Of a DNA stretch of 64,000 nt, positions 24,663 through 37,069 are shown piece by piece. Made by a program: the position numbers and the translations under genes. The number at the start of each line of letters is the position of its first letter. The stretch's first letter is position 1. Below the pieces are notes generated by a model, which worked only from the letters and a program-made list of their open reading frames with translations, was not told where the DNA came from and did not search any database. Source of the stretch: Octopus bimaculoides (Eukaryota); NCBI RefSeq assembly GCF_001194135.2, contig NC_068988.1, positions 3,949,641 through 4,013,640 of the forward strand, written 5' to 3'.

Positions 24663-26600
24663 TACATATATACACTCACACACACACAAAAAATTTTACT
24701 TCCCATGATTTATTTGTTTTAAATTCTTGATGTCTAGACCAATATTTTCCCTTTGGTTCAATTATCATTATGTCTCTTATCCATACGTTTGCCATTTATG
24801 TTATTCAGTTTTAGTTTGAATTTTGACTCATTTGTAATATTTCTTTTATTTTTTGTCAAATCAGTTGTTGTTATCCAACAGATTCCAGTAATTTTCAAAA
24901 AGTCAGATTCCCTGATGTTCAAACAGTTTTAAATGTTTATTTGATGACTTACCAAATTATTGTCTCTGCACCATTTATAAACACTTATAAGCCATTTTAT
25001 TTATTGTTGTTTTCCATTTTCAATCAAACATTGTGCAGATGATGGCTACTGAGCCAGAAACACCATCTATCACTGTCCTCTTATCTCCAGACAATAAACT
25101 TTTCCTTTTCCTTAATGGCATCTCAACTTTGAATTCTTGATTCTTGAGATTATTTCTCCTTTACATACAAAGCCAGTCTCCTTTGCTATTTGGTCATTAT
25201 GATGCATTTTCTAGAGGTAAAGAAGGTTTTGATAAATCAGGAATTGATGTTGTATGGTATTTGATATACCTGTATTTGCCGATACTGTTTTCTTCATTTT
25301 GTATGGTACATATGCACCCACAAGTGAGTAAGTATGTGTGTGTATACATTCATACACACACAGATATATGTATATGTGTGTGTGTGTATAAATACACGTA
25401 TATAAAAGTAAATATATGCCAGTACCCCAAATTTCTCGTGAGAACACTCTGTCTGTTTGGATGACAAAAATATATTCATACATAGATTAATCAGCTACAG
25501 GAATTCTTTGCAAGACAATTTAATAAAGTCTCTTCATTATAGATTAAATTAATTATCTCTCCTCTTTATAGTGGAGAATCGCTACTTATTCAATCAAATC
25601 CAACTACAACTATGCAAAAATCAATTTCCATCATGATAAAAAATATGAAGAAAAACCAATGCAAAAAAAAAAAAAATGAAGTAGAATGTAATAAGAAAAT
25701 TAATATTGAAAAATATGACTTTGTAGCTCTGTCACATGATGTTTTTGTTATCTATTTTATTTTTTTATTAACAATTAAAATTATTTATTAAGAAAAACAG
25801 GTTTTTACAACATTATGAGAATAATAAGGTTCCTCCAACCAAATGGAATTATGGAATTATAATTTATGAAGCGAGAATGGAAAATATAAGTAGTAAATGT
25901 CTCGACTCTGCAACCATATATTTCAAATTTATTCAGTAGATCAAAGCTTGTTTGAGTGTTTAAAAACACGTTTATATGCTTAGAACATATTTAGTTTTGT
26001 TGCAGAATAATATTGGGGTTATAATGGTAGATATAGCTTTTTAGATAGTCATGTGACTTGCAACTAAGCCAACAGTTTCAAGCTGCTTAGCACTCTTCAG
26101 ATTTACACACACTTCCTCCTATGCCCTTGCAAAAAGTGATTGGTTGTATCACATACATTAGTCTACAGCAAGACTAAATTAGTCTTAATCATATGTAATT
26201 TGTTTTTAAACATATTAGATAAGATTTTATTATCTGAACTAATTAGTAACTCTCAGATGTATGGTAGCTTGTGTAATTAATTCATTCAGAATATCTTGGC
26301 CATTGTTTTCTATGATCTGCGTGTGTGTGCATGTGCATACGCACAGATATACAAGCATATATGCACATAGATCGTTAAATATATGAATATATATACATGC
26401 ACACATACACATGCATACATATGCACATATGTACACATAAATGCATACACATATGCCTTATGTATGAGTTTGTATGAGATTTCTTATTGCAAGCAATAAA
26501 AGGACAAGGTGAATAAACACATTATAGGATATAGAGATATATTCTATATATATAATACATATATATAATTGCCTCTATATTATTCATACATTTACAAAAC

Positions 26601-26672
<72 letters not shown>

Positions 26673-27459
26673 ATTATATACATATGCTCATATTCGAGAG
26701 TGAGAACAACTGCTCAATACAGTATCAGTGGATAAATATTCTTTCTTTTTGTGGATTACCAAGGATACCAATGGTTTTATGTGAAGAGATCTTTGCATGA
26801 AACCATTGGTAGCCTTGTTAACCCACAAATGAAATGTATGTATGTGTGTGTGTGTATGTATGCATCATTTGACATTGCTATTGTTGTTACTAAGTATTCC
26901 CTCCATCTCCACCCAAGTAAGTTTAATGCAGAGCAATAAGAAGTCTTATATTTACAAATCCTATGAAAAGACATCCCATTAAATGTCTTGCTTCAATCGT
27001 TTCTCTCCTGTCAAACTACAGAATGTATTATGAAGTATTTTAGTTTGTTGGGTGGAACATAACAACTCAGTCAGATTCGGGCTCCCATTGCTTTCCACTT
27101 AATGAATGTGGTGTGTTTTACAAAGATAATACAAAGCTGCTTCTCCAACAGTGTTGTGACATATTTATTTCATGCAACCAACTAGTTGTTATGTTGCCAG
27201 TAAACCAGCTTAACGTGTGTAAGGTTGGAGTTGGTTTATAGGTTGTGATTGGAATATTGAGGAGTGACATAGTAACTATAATAGTTGCTGCGAGATAGTT
27301 GTTATATGTAAATCATGTTGGTTATGATGTTGTGTACATGGAACTTGAAAAGTGAGTGGATGTTTTTATGCATTCTTTAAAAAATATCTAGTCTAGAATT
27401 TTATTTCAGCAGACAGATATGTCAAAGGTTTTATCATTGCTAATATGGTTGTGTAAATA

Positions 27460-27673
27460 AAGGAAGTGAGCTGGCAGAATCGTTACCATGCCACGAGAAA
27501 TGCTTAGCGGCATTTCGTCTGGCAAAATATGGGGCATTAAAATGTTGACTGAGGTCGACTTTGCCTTCCATCCTCTCAGGGTCGATAAAATAAGTACCAG
27601 TTGAACACTGGGGGTGATATAATCAACTTACCTGCATCCTTGAAATTGCTGGCCTTGTGCCAAAATATGAAAC
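27460..27673 (+). mobile_element. SINE family A copy
   Basis: GAGCTGGCAGAATCGTTA..GAGGTCGACTTTGCCTTCCATCC..GTCGATAAAATAAGTACCAGTT. Confidence 0.85.
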
Positions 27674-30215
27674 CAATATGGTTATCTAAACATCTTTAAG
27701 TTCAATTTAACGAATTTGTTGAGAACTTGTTTTATGAATGAAAACCAGGAGCAGCTGATAATTAATGGATCATTTTTTTTTTTTTTTAATGATTAGCAAA
27801 ACTAAAAGCTCTCTTTCATGCTTGCCATGGTTAAAATGCAACATCACATGGATTATATTCTCATCAGATCCCTATAATACTCAAGGTCAAAATCCAAAAA
27901 AAAACAGGGGTTTTCCAAAAGATCCCCCTCATAACTAATTCACAAATCAATATGGGTTACCTTGATGACATATTTTATACTACTTCAACATTTTAATGCC
28001 CCATATTTTGCCAGTTTTTAGCCAATACATGGTATACAATAGTTTTGATTAGAGCAATTCTATGTATCTATCAGCTTTGGGATTGCTTAAGGTCTGGTGG
28101 AATTTAAATGACATACCATGTGAATTAAATGGTATAAATGTATTATTGCTGGTTATTTTGTATCATCTCTGGGGTAACACATTTCTTAGGAAGAGATATA
28201 AAACTGAATATTCTTTGGAAATCTGCAAAATCAGCATTTCCCCAATACAATTGTTTCTATTTTATATCCTACAACATAATTATTATTCAGTTTATTGACT
28301 CAGGAAGGAAGTAAAGAAAAATCAATAATCACAGGATCCAAAATCAAAATCCTTACTTTCACTTTTGAATTCGTGTTTTTTTTTGTTTTGTCAGTCTCCA
28401 TAGTCTGACTCCCTATGTCTCTGCTTCGTTGCATTATTCATGGCTATCCTTGATACTGTCTCGTATCTGTTAAACACCATCAAAGTTGATTTAGTTAAAC
28501 CATAGTAATTCAATTATTTTTCTTTTTCTTGTAGACTCTCAAATACAACCATGATGCTCTCATGGAGCCATAAATCTTCAACCCTAAAACTCTCAAGCAC
28601 ATTTTAGAAATATGAACATCCAAGTCTTTAAGCTTGTTTCTATTCCCTGAAATAAAAGTGTCTAATTTCAGGTTTGTTTTTCTATCAAAAATGCACATTT
28701 CAAATAGATTTTGGCAATCAGAGAACATTATCATAAAACACAAAACATAGAATTCTTCTGAGAACCCTAAAGTTGATCATGGTTTTTCTGCTACAGTACT
28801 GTCAGACAAGATGTAAATTTCTACAAAAAAGAACAGAGTATAGAGTTAATATGAGAATATTATTGCAGTATTAGAATATATATTGAATTCATACATTGTA
28901 ATACAGTACAATATACACAAACTGCCCTTCATTTCATGTCCATTTTCCCTGTGTGATGAGTGCATATTTTTCTGGGTCTGTGTGAATGTTTATATTCTGC
29001 ATTTTGCATGTAACAATGCTAAGTTACTCGCCAATCTGAAAATGAGTCAAATGAAGATTTCTTAATTGAAAGACTGTTGTTAGTGACAGGAAAGACATTA
29101 TTTTGTAAATCCATGCTTCATTAATAGGTATTCATCTAACCCATGCTAACATGGTAAAAGAGATGTAAAATAAACACACGCAATATATATTTTCCATCTT
29201 ATGCTATATTTGTAAATATACTTAAATCTTAACCATTTATATTCCATTTATATCTGGGCTCATTTCAATCCCCATGGTACTTCCTAATGATGCAAAACTA
29301 GGCAGCATTAGCAACAACAGATTCACCATTCCTCTAGGAATTAAGATACTATAAAAAAACACTAACACAGTTTGTTAGATTCAAATGGATGTAAACAGTG
29401 ATAGCTGCTTCCAGTATATATCAAGCATTATGAAAAAAAGAAAAAAGGAAAATATCTCACATTTATTTGATTGAGTAAATATAGTGTTTTTGCTTTTAAC
29501 CAGCTCTCAGTAACATAAACAGGAATAAGGAAATAATATACTGAGGTAAATGCAACTTCACTCACTCTGTTCTTATTCAATGGTCTTTGTATTTGAGTTA
29601 GAAATTATTGTTATTTCATATTATGTTTAATAAACATAAAAATATTAATTGAATAAGGATCACAAAGACCACAACATATCCTTCAAGAAGACCTCAACTT
29701 CCATTACCTGAAATCAGTTTGCAGTTTAGCCATCACACAGCTTTCCTACCAATAGAATATTATTTGTTATACAGTTATAGAAATTAAACCATAATGCTGG
29801 TCATATATCTATCCCCTTGCCTTAGAAATACTGGCCATTTATTCCACCGTACATATATAACTCTAAGAAGTTGGTAATAGATTTCTTATAGGATGTAAAT
29901 AAAGAGCTGATTGTTGCTAAAGGCCTTGCTTAATTTGAAACTGGCTTCTTTCCAAATTCTACGCCAATAAAAGCGCTGATATATCATGCTGTCACTTGGA
30001 CGCAGAATTAAAATGTAATCTTAAATGAAGTCACTTTAAACAAATGGTGGCTATCCATCTGATTTATCAGTCATTATTCCAAGAAAATGTTGGTTTGGGA
30101 TTATTATCTATTAATAACAAAAGCATAGGTGTGCATATTTTAAGAGACTAACTGCAAATATAAAGAACAATGACAATACAATCTTCTGATTCCATCTGTT
30201 GTTATTGCTAGTATT

Positions 30216-30804
30216 AAGGCAAGAAGCTGGCAGAACCATTAGCATGCTGAGCAGCTTTTAATCCACCTTTTGTTCTGAGCTCAAATTCTGCTGAGGTCGA
30301 CTTTGCCTGTCATCCTTTTGGGTTGATAAAATAAATATTATTTATAAACTGGGGTTGATAAAATCACCTAGACCCCCTTCTCCAAAATTTAAGGCCTTGT
30401 GCCTATAATAGAAAGGATCGTTGTTAAGGCAGCAAGCTGAAAGAATTCTGGACTTCAAATTCTGCAGAGGTCAACTTTGCCTTTCAGGGTGGGTGAAACA
30501 AGTACTAGTTAGTCATTGGGGTTGGTGTAATTGACCAACACACAAGAAAAAAATTTCAGGCCCTGTCCTTATAGCAGAAGGAATAATTAAGGTGGTGAGC
30601 TGACAGAATCATTAGCATGCCAGACAAAAAATCTTCACTGGCATTTAGTCCATCTTTATCTACTGAGTTCAAATTCCACTGTAGCAAATTTTGCCTTTTG
30701 TTTTTTGGGGTCGATGAAATAAATACCAGTTGAGCTCTGAGGTTGATGTTATCACTTAGACCTCTCTCCACAAATTTCAGGCCTTATGTCAATAGTAGAA
30801 ATGA

Positions 30805-30805
<1 letters not shown>
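30216..30805 (+). mobile_element. three tandem SINE family A copies (30216, 30426, 30588)
   Basis: three successive AAGG..AGCTG.CAGAA heads, each with GAGTTCAAATT and GGCC(T)TGT tail motifs. Confidence 0.8.
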
Positions 30806-30903
<98 letters not shown>

Positions 30904-30912
30904 TTACTATTA
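30806..30912. repeat. (ATT)n-(AGT)n microsatellite
   Basis: direct reading. Confidence 0.95.
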
Positions 30913-31490
30913 TTTTATGTTTCACTTTTGCTTTGCATTTGTACAAGTTGGCTCCAAGTCTCACCCAGAGACCTCAAGAGACAACAAGTTAGAAGTTCAC
31001 GTTGGTGTTATTCCTAGGGTGCCATACATTTGGTTTTGTATGCAGTATTGTTCTAGAAAATCTTTAAGAAAACAAGAAAATTATGTGTTTGTTTTAAAAT
31101 TTGAGATTACAAAGACAGTATTTTACGTAGGATATGGGCAGTTTCCACAAGCACTCTCTTTTGAATTTCTGCTATTTTGGGGTTTCCTGGTATCTGAGCT
31201 AGGTAGCAAACAGCCCTTTTCCCTATCATTCCTAGGACACCTATGACAACAGGTATTGTTTTAGTCTTGAGGTTCCACATTTTGCCAATTTCTATTTCAA
31301 GACCTTTATACTTGCTCAGTTTTTGGCAGGTCTTGACAGATACGCTTACATCAATTGGGATAGTCATATTAATGAGGAGGCATGATTTTTGTCTGAAGCC
31401 TTTCAATATAACGTCTCACCTATTCACATCTATCTTTCTGTTAGTTTGAATGGTAAAGTTCCAGAGCAGTGAAATGTGATCATTTTCAAG
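30913..31490 (-). mobile_element. R4/Dong-like non-LTR retrotransposon 3' end (restriction-like endonuclease)
   Basis: LENDHISLLWNFTIQTNRKI..KSCLLINMTIP..KLSKYKGLEIEIGKMWNLKTKTIPVVIGVLG..IPGNPKIAEIQK..TAHILRKILSL*, then a 3' UTR running into (ACT)n(AAT)n. Confidence 0.85.
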
Positions 31491-31532
31491 CACTGGAGGT
31501 TGTTTGTGTTCCCACCAGTCTTTATTATTATC

Positions 31533-31567
<35 letters not shown>

Positions 31568-31696
31568 CACTACTGCTGCTGCTGCTACTACTACTACTAC
31601 TACTATTGGTGCATGCTTGACCTAGTGTTTATTTTTCACAGTTTTGAGAAGTTTCCAGTGGCGAATATTCTTTCACTGTTTTCTAGATCACTTAAT

Positions 31697-31973
31697 TTGA
31701 CCAGAATCTGCCAACTAGTGAACTTGCCTGGAATTTCTGCAGACATATTGGAGCTGGTTTTTGTATCAATATTGTCTGCTGAATCAGATGCTGTTGCAGG
31801 CATATCGTCTGGTGCCTCTTTCAACAGCGACACTTTTTATTGAGAGAAGCACCAGACAATATACCCGCTGCAGAATCTAATTCAGAGAATATTATTAATA
31901 CAAAAAGCAACTCTAATGTCTGCTAGAAAATTCAAATTCCAGGGAAGTTAACTAGTTAGCAGATTCTGATCAA
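31697..31973. repeat. long imperfect inverted repeat (foldback)
   Basis: 31697-31824 is the approximate reverse complement of 31840-31973 (TTGA(C/T)CAGAATCTGC..CTGGAATT..GCAGACA..TCTGGTGC(C/T)TCT..CAA); ~15-nt spacer. Confidence 0.9.
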
Positions 31974-32445
31974 GCTGTTGTTGTCTTGTTGTTGTTGTCA
32001 TCATTATTATTATTTCAAATAGGATTCCAGATTATAATAATCTTACTTACAGGGTTCACTATAAAGTCTATACAACTGTTCAGTATTGAGGCTGTCAAGA
32101 ATCTCCATTTGATGGCTGCAACTGTGAGGAAGATTGGCAGAATGAGTTGTAATACGGTTTGATGAGACTTTACAGAATGTGGAACCAAGATAGACAATAA
32201 CTAGTTTATTTACCTAATCAAATAGACAAATAGGATCTATTTGATTAGGTAAATAGGGTAAGAGATAGCCAATTAACAGAAATGTAAGAAGAGTTTGTTT
32301 ACCTCACAATTGTGTAAAAGACAAAGAATAAAAGCTGAAGAAGTGTAGCACCTCACTAAGTCTAGTTTCAACTTTCAGATTGTGTCAAAGCCACTGATCT
32401 TAGGTAAAAAAAAAAAAATGTAAAAGGCAATATACTTTATGTGTA

Positions 32446-33337
32446 GAGGCACAATGGCCCAGTGGTTAGGGCAGCAGACTCGCGGTCAGAGGATCGCGGT
32501 TTCGATTCCCAGACCGGGTGTTGTGAGTGTTTATTGAAGGAAAACACCTAAGCCCCACAAGGCTCCAGCAGGGGGTGGTGGCGACCCCTGTTGTACTCTT
32601 TTGCCCCAACTTTCTCTCACTCTTTCTTCCTGTTTCTTGAGTAACGCTGTGATGGACTGGCATCCCATCCAGCTAGGTGGAACACATCATCATCATCATC
32701 ATCATCGTTTAAACGTCCGCTTTCCATGCTAGCATGGGTTGGACGATTTGACTGAGGACTGGTGCATCCGGATGGCTACACCAGGCTCCAATCTAATTTG
32801 GCAGAGTTTCTACAGCTGGATGCCCTTCCTAACGCCAACCACTCAGAGAGTGTAGTGGGTGCTTTTACGTGTCACCCACACGAAAACGGCCACGCTCGAA
32901 ATGGTGTCTTTTNNNNNNNNNNNNNNNNNNNNNNNNNNNNNNNNNNNNNNNNNNNNNNNNNNNNNNTGCACAAGAGCCAGTCCAGGGGCACTGGTAACGA
33001 TCTCGCTCGAAAACCCTACAAGGCCAGTCAGGCGGTACTAGCAACGGTCACGCTCAGGATGGTACATCTTATGTGCCACCCGCACAAGAGCCAGTCCAGG
33101 GGCACTGGCAACGATCTCACTTGGCTTGCCGGGTCTTCTCACGCACAGCACATTTCCAAAGGTCTCGGTCAGTAGTCATCACCTCGGTGAGGCTCAATGT
33201 TCGAGGTCTTGCCTCACCACCTCAGCCCAGGTCTTCCTGGGCCTACCTCTTCCATGGTTTCCCTCTGTTCCCTCACATACGCTATAGAAATCGGGAAACC
33301 GGGCCCATGAGCCTGGCTAGGCTTTGAAAGGGCGACG
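32446..33337 (+). mobile_element. tRNA-headed SINE (family V), apparently split by a family R insertion
   Basis: A-box TGGCCCAGTGG, B-box GTTTCGATTCC, body GATGGACTGGCATCCCATCCAG; continuation after 33278 is inferred from the flanking CACAT repeat. Confidence 0.7.
32688..33273 (-). mobile_element. family R retroposon with internal tandem units; contains N-gap 32913-32966
   Basis: (CAT)nCGTTTAAACGTCCGCTTTCCATGCTAGCATGGGTTGG..; flanked by CACAT at 32683-87 and 33274-78. Confidence 0.8.
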
Positions 33338-33462
33338 TAATATATTTTATGTGCAGATATTTTACAATTGATAGTTTTCCACTGATATTGGTTTGTGTTT
33401 ATGCTAAAAACGCTAAAACCAAAGTTCTTCTGTTCTTTAATTCATAGAAAATTGAAGCACTT

Positions 33463-33690
33463 TTAACCATTTAACATTGAAAACAGTCATGTCCAGCTCA
33501 AAATATCCTACCAGCTTTATGTTCAAACTGGCCAGATTTGGCCTCTCACACCTACCTGACAATGACATTCAAAACATAAACAATCATTGAAATCTCAATC
33601 CTATGAGAAAATGCATGTTTAATTCACCTCAATGTGAATAAATAAAGAACACATTTGACAGAGTAATCTGAACGGATTAAGGATTAAAGT
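33463..33690. mobile_element. decayed piggyBac-type MITE (TTAA ends)
   Basis: TTAACCATTTAACATT at left and ..AATCTGAACGGATTAAGGATTAA at right; no ORF. Confidence 0.35.
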
Positions 33691-33739
33691 GATGACATGA
33701 ATGGATTAAGAATTAAAGTGATGAGCATCTTTTTGGTTT

Positions 33740-34322
33740 GGCTTTCATGTTTTGCCTTTATTTTTGTTTCATTCATTGGACTGTGGCCATGCTGGAGCAC
33801 CACCTTCTAGGCTTTAGTTGAACAAACTGACTCCAGTATTTATTTATCCTTTTAAGTCTTCTTCTTGTTCTATCAGTCTCTTTTGCCAAACCACTAAGTT
33901 ACAGAGATGTAAACAAACTCACTCCAGTTATCAAGCAGTAGTGGGTCGCAAATATAAAGGCACACACACATAGATACACACACACATATATAGAGAGAGA
34001 GATAGACAGACAGACAGACAGACATCAGAGATAGATAGAGAGAGCGAGACAGACAGACAGACAGACAGAGAGACATCACAGATAGATAGAGAGAGCGAGA
34101 CAGACAGACAGACAGATTGATAGATAGTGACGATTACAGGCAGAAATACAACAGACTTCTTTCAGTTTCTGCCCCACGTCCCACCCCCAGATCCAATCCC
34201 AAGGCTTTGGTTGACCTGAGGCTAGAGTAGAAGTCACTTGCCTAAGGTATCCCAAACTGGGACTGGAACTGGAATCACGTGGTTGGTAAGCAAGCTTCTT
34301 ACCACACAGCCACACCTGCATC
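33740..34322 (-). mobile_element. SINE family C copy with internal (GACA/GATA)n
   Basis: ..GCTTCTTACCACACAGCCACACC head on the minus strand; GGCCATGCTGGAGCACC tail. Confidence 0.75.
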
Positions 34323-35355
34323 TACACAGAGTCCAGTTCTTCATATTGGTAAAGTTACCTGCAATAAAATATTTCTCATCTCTTTAGCACTGGTGTTAGA
34401 TTAAGGCTTATGGATCTATGAGATTTGCACAGGTTTGGAATAATTATTGATTTTCCCCACACATATTATGACAGTTATAGTAACTTTTATGACCAGAGAT
34501 GTCCATTTATAAGTTGTAAGCTATTTTCATCAATTCCCAGAGGATGAAGCTCCTGTTTACGACTAATGAATGAAGAAGCTAATGCTAAAGCCACTAAGTG
34601 GTCACACAACTAGCTAGAAATAACAGCTACATTTCATTCTAAATATACCCCACTGATATATGATGACCAGTGCTGGAATACCATTGATCTTAGGCCTGCT
34701 GAATCAGAGTTGCCTGGGGTTAAACTAGCAGGTGAATGGAGGTGTGTAGAAAAACATTTTCTACCATAAAACATAATATTTTGAAGTCATGACGTCAAGA
34801 ATTTGGGAACAGGTTTCCTTGAAGAAATAGTAAAAGATTTATCATAGCTAAAGACAGCTTAATTTGAAACTAGCAGCTGAACACTGTAAACAATAAGCTC
34901 ATTATATTATCAATATTTATAAATATTTCCTGATAATAAAATCTTTTGTACATTTTTCCTGGTAGCTTACTTTTAAAATATGAACAAATATTTTATTGTG
35001 ACAGACTGGTTGAAACAATGCAAAATATTCAACCAGAAAATGATGGCAGAAAATTCTAACACAGATTTATCATATCATTGCACACTCTCACACATAATTA
35101 CATATATACATACACATAGGTACATACACACATACACATGCTTTCATATATATGCAAGTGTGTGTATGTATGTGGGTGGGTGAGGGTGTAGAACCTCCTC
35201 CCTGTCCATGTTTCTCCTGAAGCCATCAACTTGCAACTATTCAATTGAAACAATAATCACATTGATCTCACTGATCTCAGGGGACCTGTGAAGGCAATGA
35301 GCATGTCCCTGTCCTCTAGGCCAAACCAAACCAACACACACACACACACACACAT

Positions 35356-35414
<59 letters not shown>

Positions 35415-36484
35415 CATACATATATACCTCCATAGATATATATCATGATTTACATATGTTGAAAGTGAAAGTGCAAGCCACCACACTTGAGGTGGTGACC
35501 CCAAAATAATTATTTACAACTCTAATGAGGAGAAACGTCATTAGCATTAATTGAAATTATTTCTTAAAAAGACAAAAGAGAGGACTTAACCAAAATTTCG
35601 ACGAACCAAAAATTAATTTTAATAGACATATGCAGCGGTGGGTGGTGACACTTTCCCCTCTCTATGTTTATGTAAAAATGTATTTTAGAAAAATATGTCC
35701 AACTCATCATCTAAAATATGAACTAATTCTATTAAATGTATCAGAACCATCAAGGCAACAGAATAAGTAGAAGATCGAATCAAATACCTTGTGGTATTTA
35801 GTTATGCCTTATTGTTCTGAGTTCAAATTCTGCCCGCAGTAGCCTTGCCCGAAGCTGACAAAGTAGATTGTTGTCAAGTCAATGTTGGAGTCAATATTGA
35901 AGTGAATGTAATAATTGTTGGAACCAATGCTCCTGTATGTGTGCTTTAATCTAATGAAATTCAGAACAATAAAACAGCAATGACAACAAAACTCACACAA
36001 AAATGCTTTTCAGGTTATAAATAGCAAAACAGAAAAAAAATACACTTTTACACTTTGAGGAACTAGTAACGTGTGCATGCAATAACCCGGTTACATGGTG
36101 TGATAAAGACTTTAACAAACCATTTAATTATTCATCAAGGAACTAACAAAGTAGTTAATTTTTAATAAAAAGAATATGTGTATAACAAGCTTTTGTTTAT
36201 GAATTGAGAGGATCAACTTCCTAAGGTACAACAATGTATAGAACATGCTACCAAGTCGTTTGTGAGTGGTGTCTCTATGGTCACTTTTGGAGATTTAGTG
36301 TGTCAGTTAAAGCATGACCGTACATCAATTATGACCATGCAATAAATTATATAAAGAAAAAGTAAAAAAGAGTAACAATAGCTCTTCCCTTAGGGACCAG
36401 ATTAGTGGAGTTGTAGATGAGTACAATAAAAAATAAAGAGTGATATCAAGACATAAACATATAATGTGTGAGAGTGTGTGAGTG

Positions 36485-36524
<40 letters not shown>

Positions 36525-36549
36525 CGTATGTGTGGTACATGTATGTGTA

Positions 36550-37050
36550 TCAAATGTGGAAGCAAGGTCTTGAGTTAATTTAGCAAAAACCAAAGTCTTA
36601 GTAAGAAAGCAGACAATTCACAAATCACAAGTAGATGGCACTGCTTGATATGTAGAAAAGGCATAAGCAGAAACTCCATAAGATGTACACAGTGCAAACT
36701 ATGGACAGACAAGTGGTGCAGCAATATCTGTAGAAGGTTAACTGGGAAAAGAGTCTTTATGTATGGCAGAGTCACAGGTACAATAAGCACTAGAATTATA
36801 TAGACTTCATCAAATGCTATGGTAGATACCTAAAAGTAGTTGATAACTTGTTATCTAGGTAACCAAGTTAATAGCGGTGGTGGATGCTCCAAGAGTGTAG
36901 CTGCTAGAATAAGAATAGGCTGGGCAAAGTTCAGAGCTCCTACCTTTGTTGGTATCTAAGAGCTTCTCTCTCAGAGTGAAAGGCAGATTGTATGTGTGTT
37001 AATAGCCATGCTACATAGCAGTGAAACATGAGCTGTGACCACCAAAGACA
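36550..37050 (+). pseudogene. RTE-type LINE ORF2 C-terminal fragment
   Basis: VNLAKTKV..CLICRKGISRNSIRCTQCKLW..VVDN..SGGGCSKSVAARIRIGWAKFR..SLRVKGRLY..AMLHSSET*AV. Confidence 0.8.
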
Positions 37051-37069
37051 TCCAATTCTGGGACAGTTG

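Noticed and set aside
25169-25210. 42-nt symmetric minus-strand microexon candidate (KMHHNDQIAKETGF)
   Set aside because: No homology or neighbouring exons to support it
28520-28680. Very strong plus-strand acceptor (TTTTTCTTTTTCTTGTAG)
   Set aside because: All three downstream frames hit stops before a donor
31469-31843. ORFs of 124 aa (+) and 65 aa (-)
   Set aside because: Composed of triplet microsatellite plus one arm of the foldback
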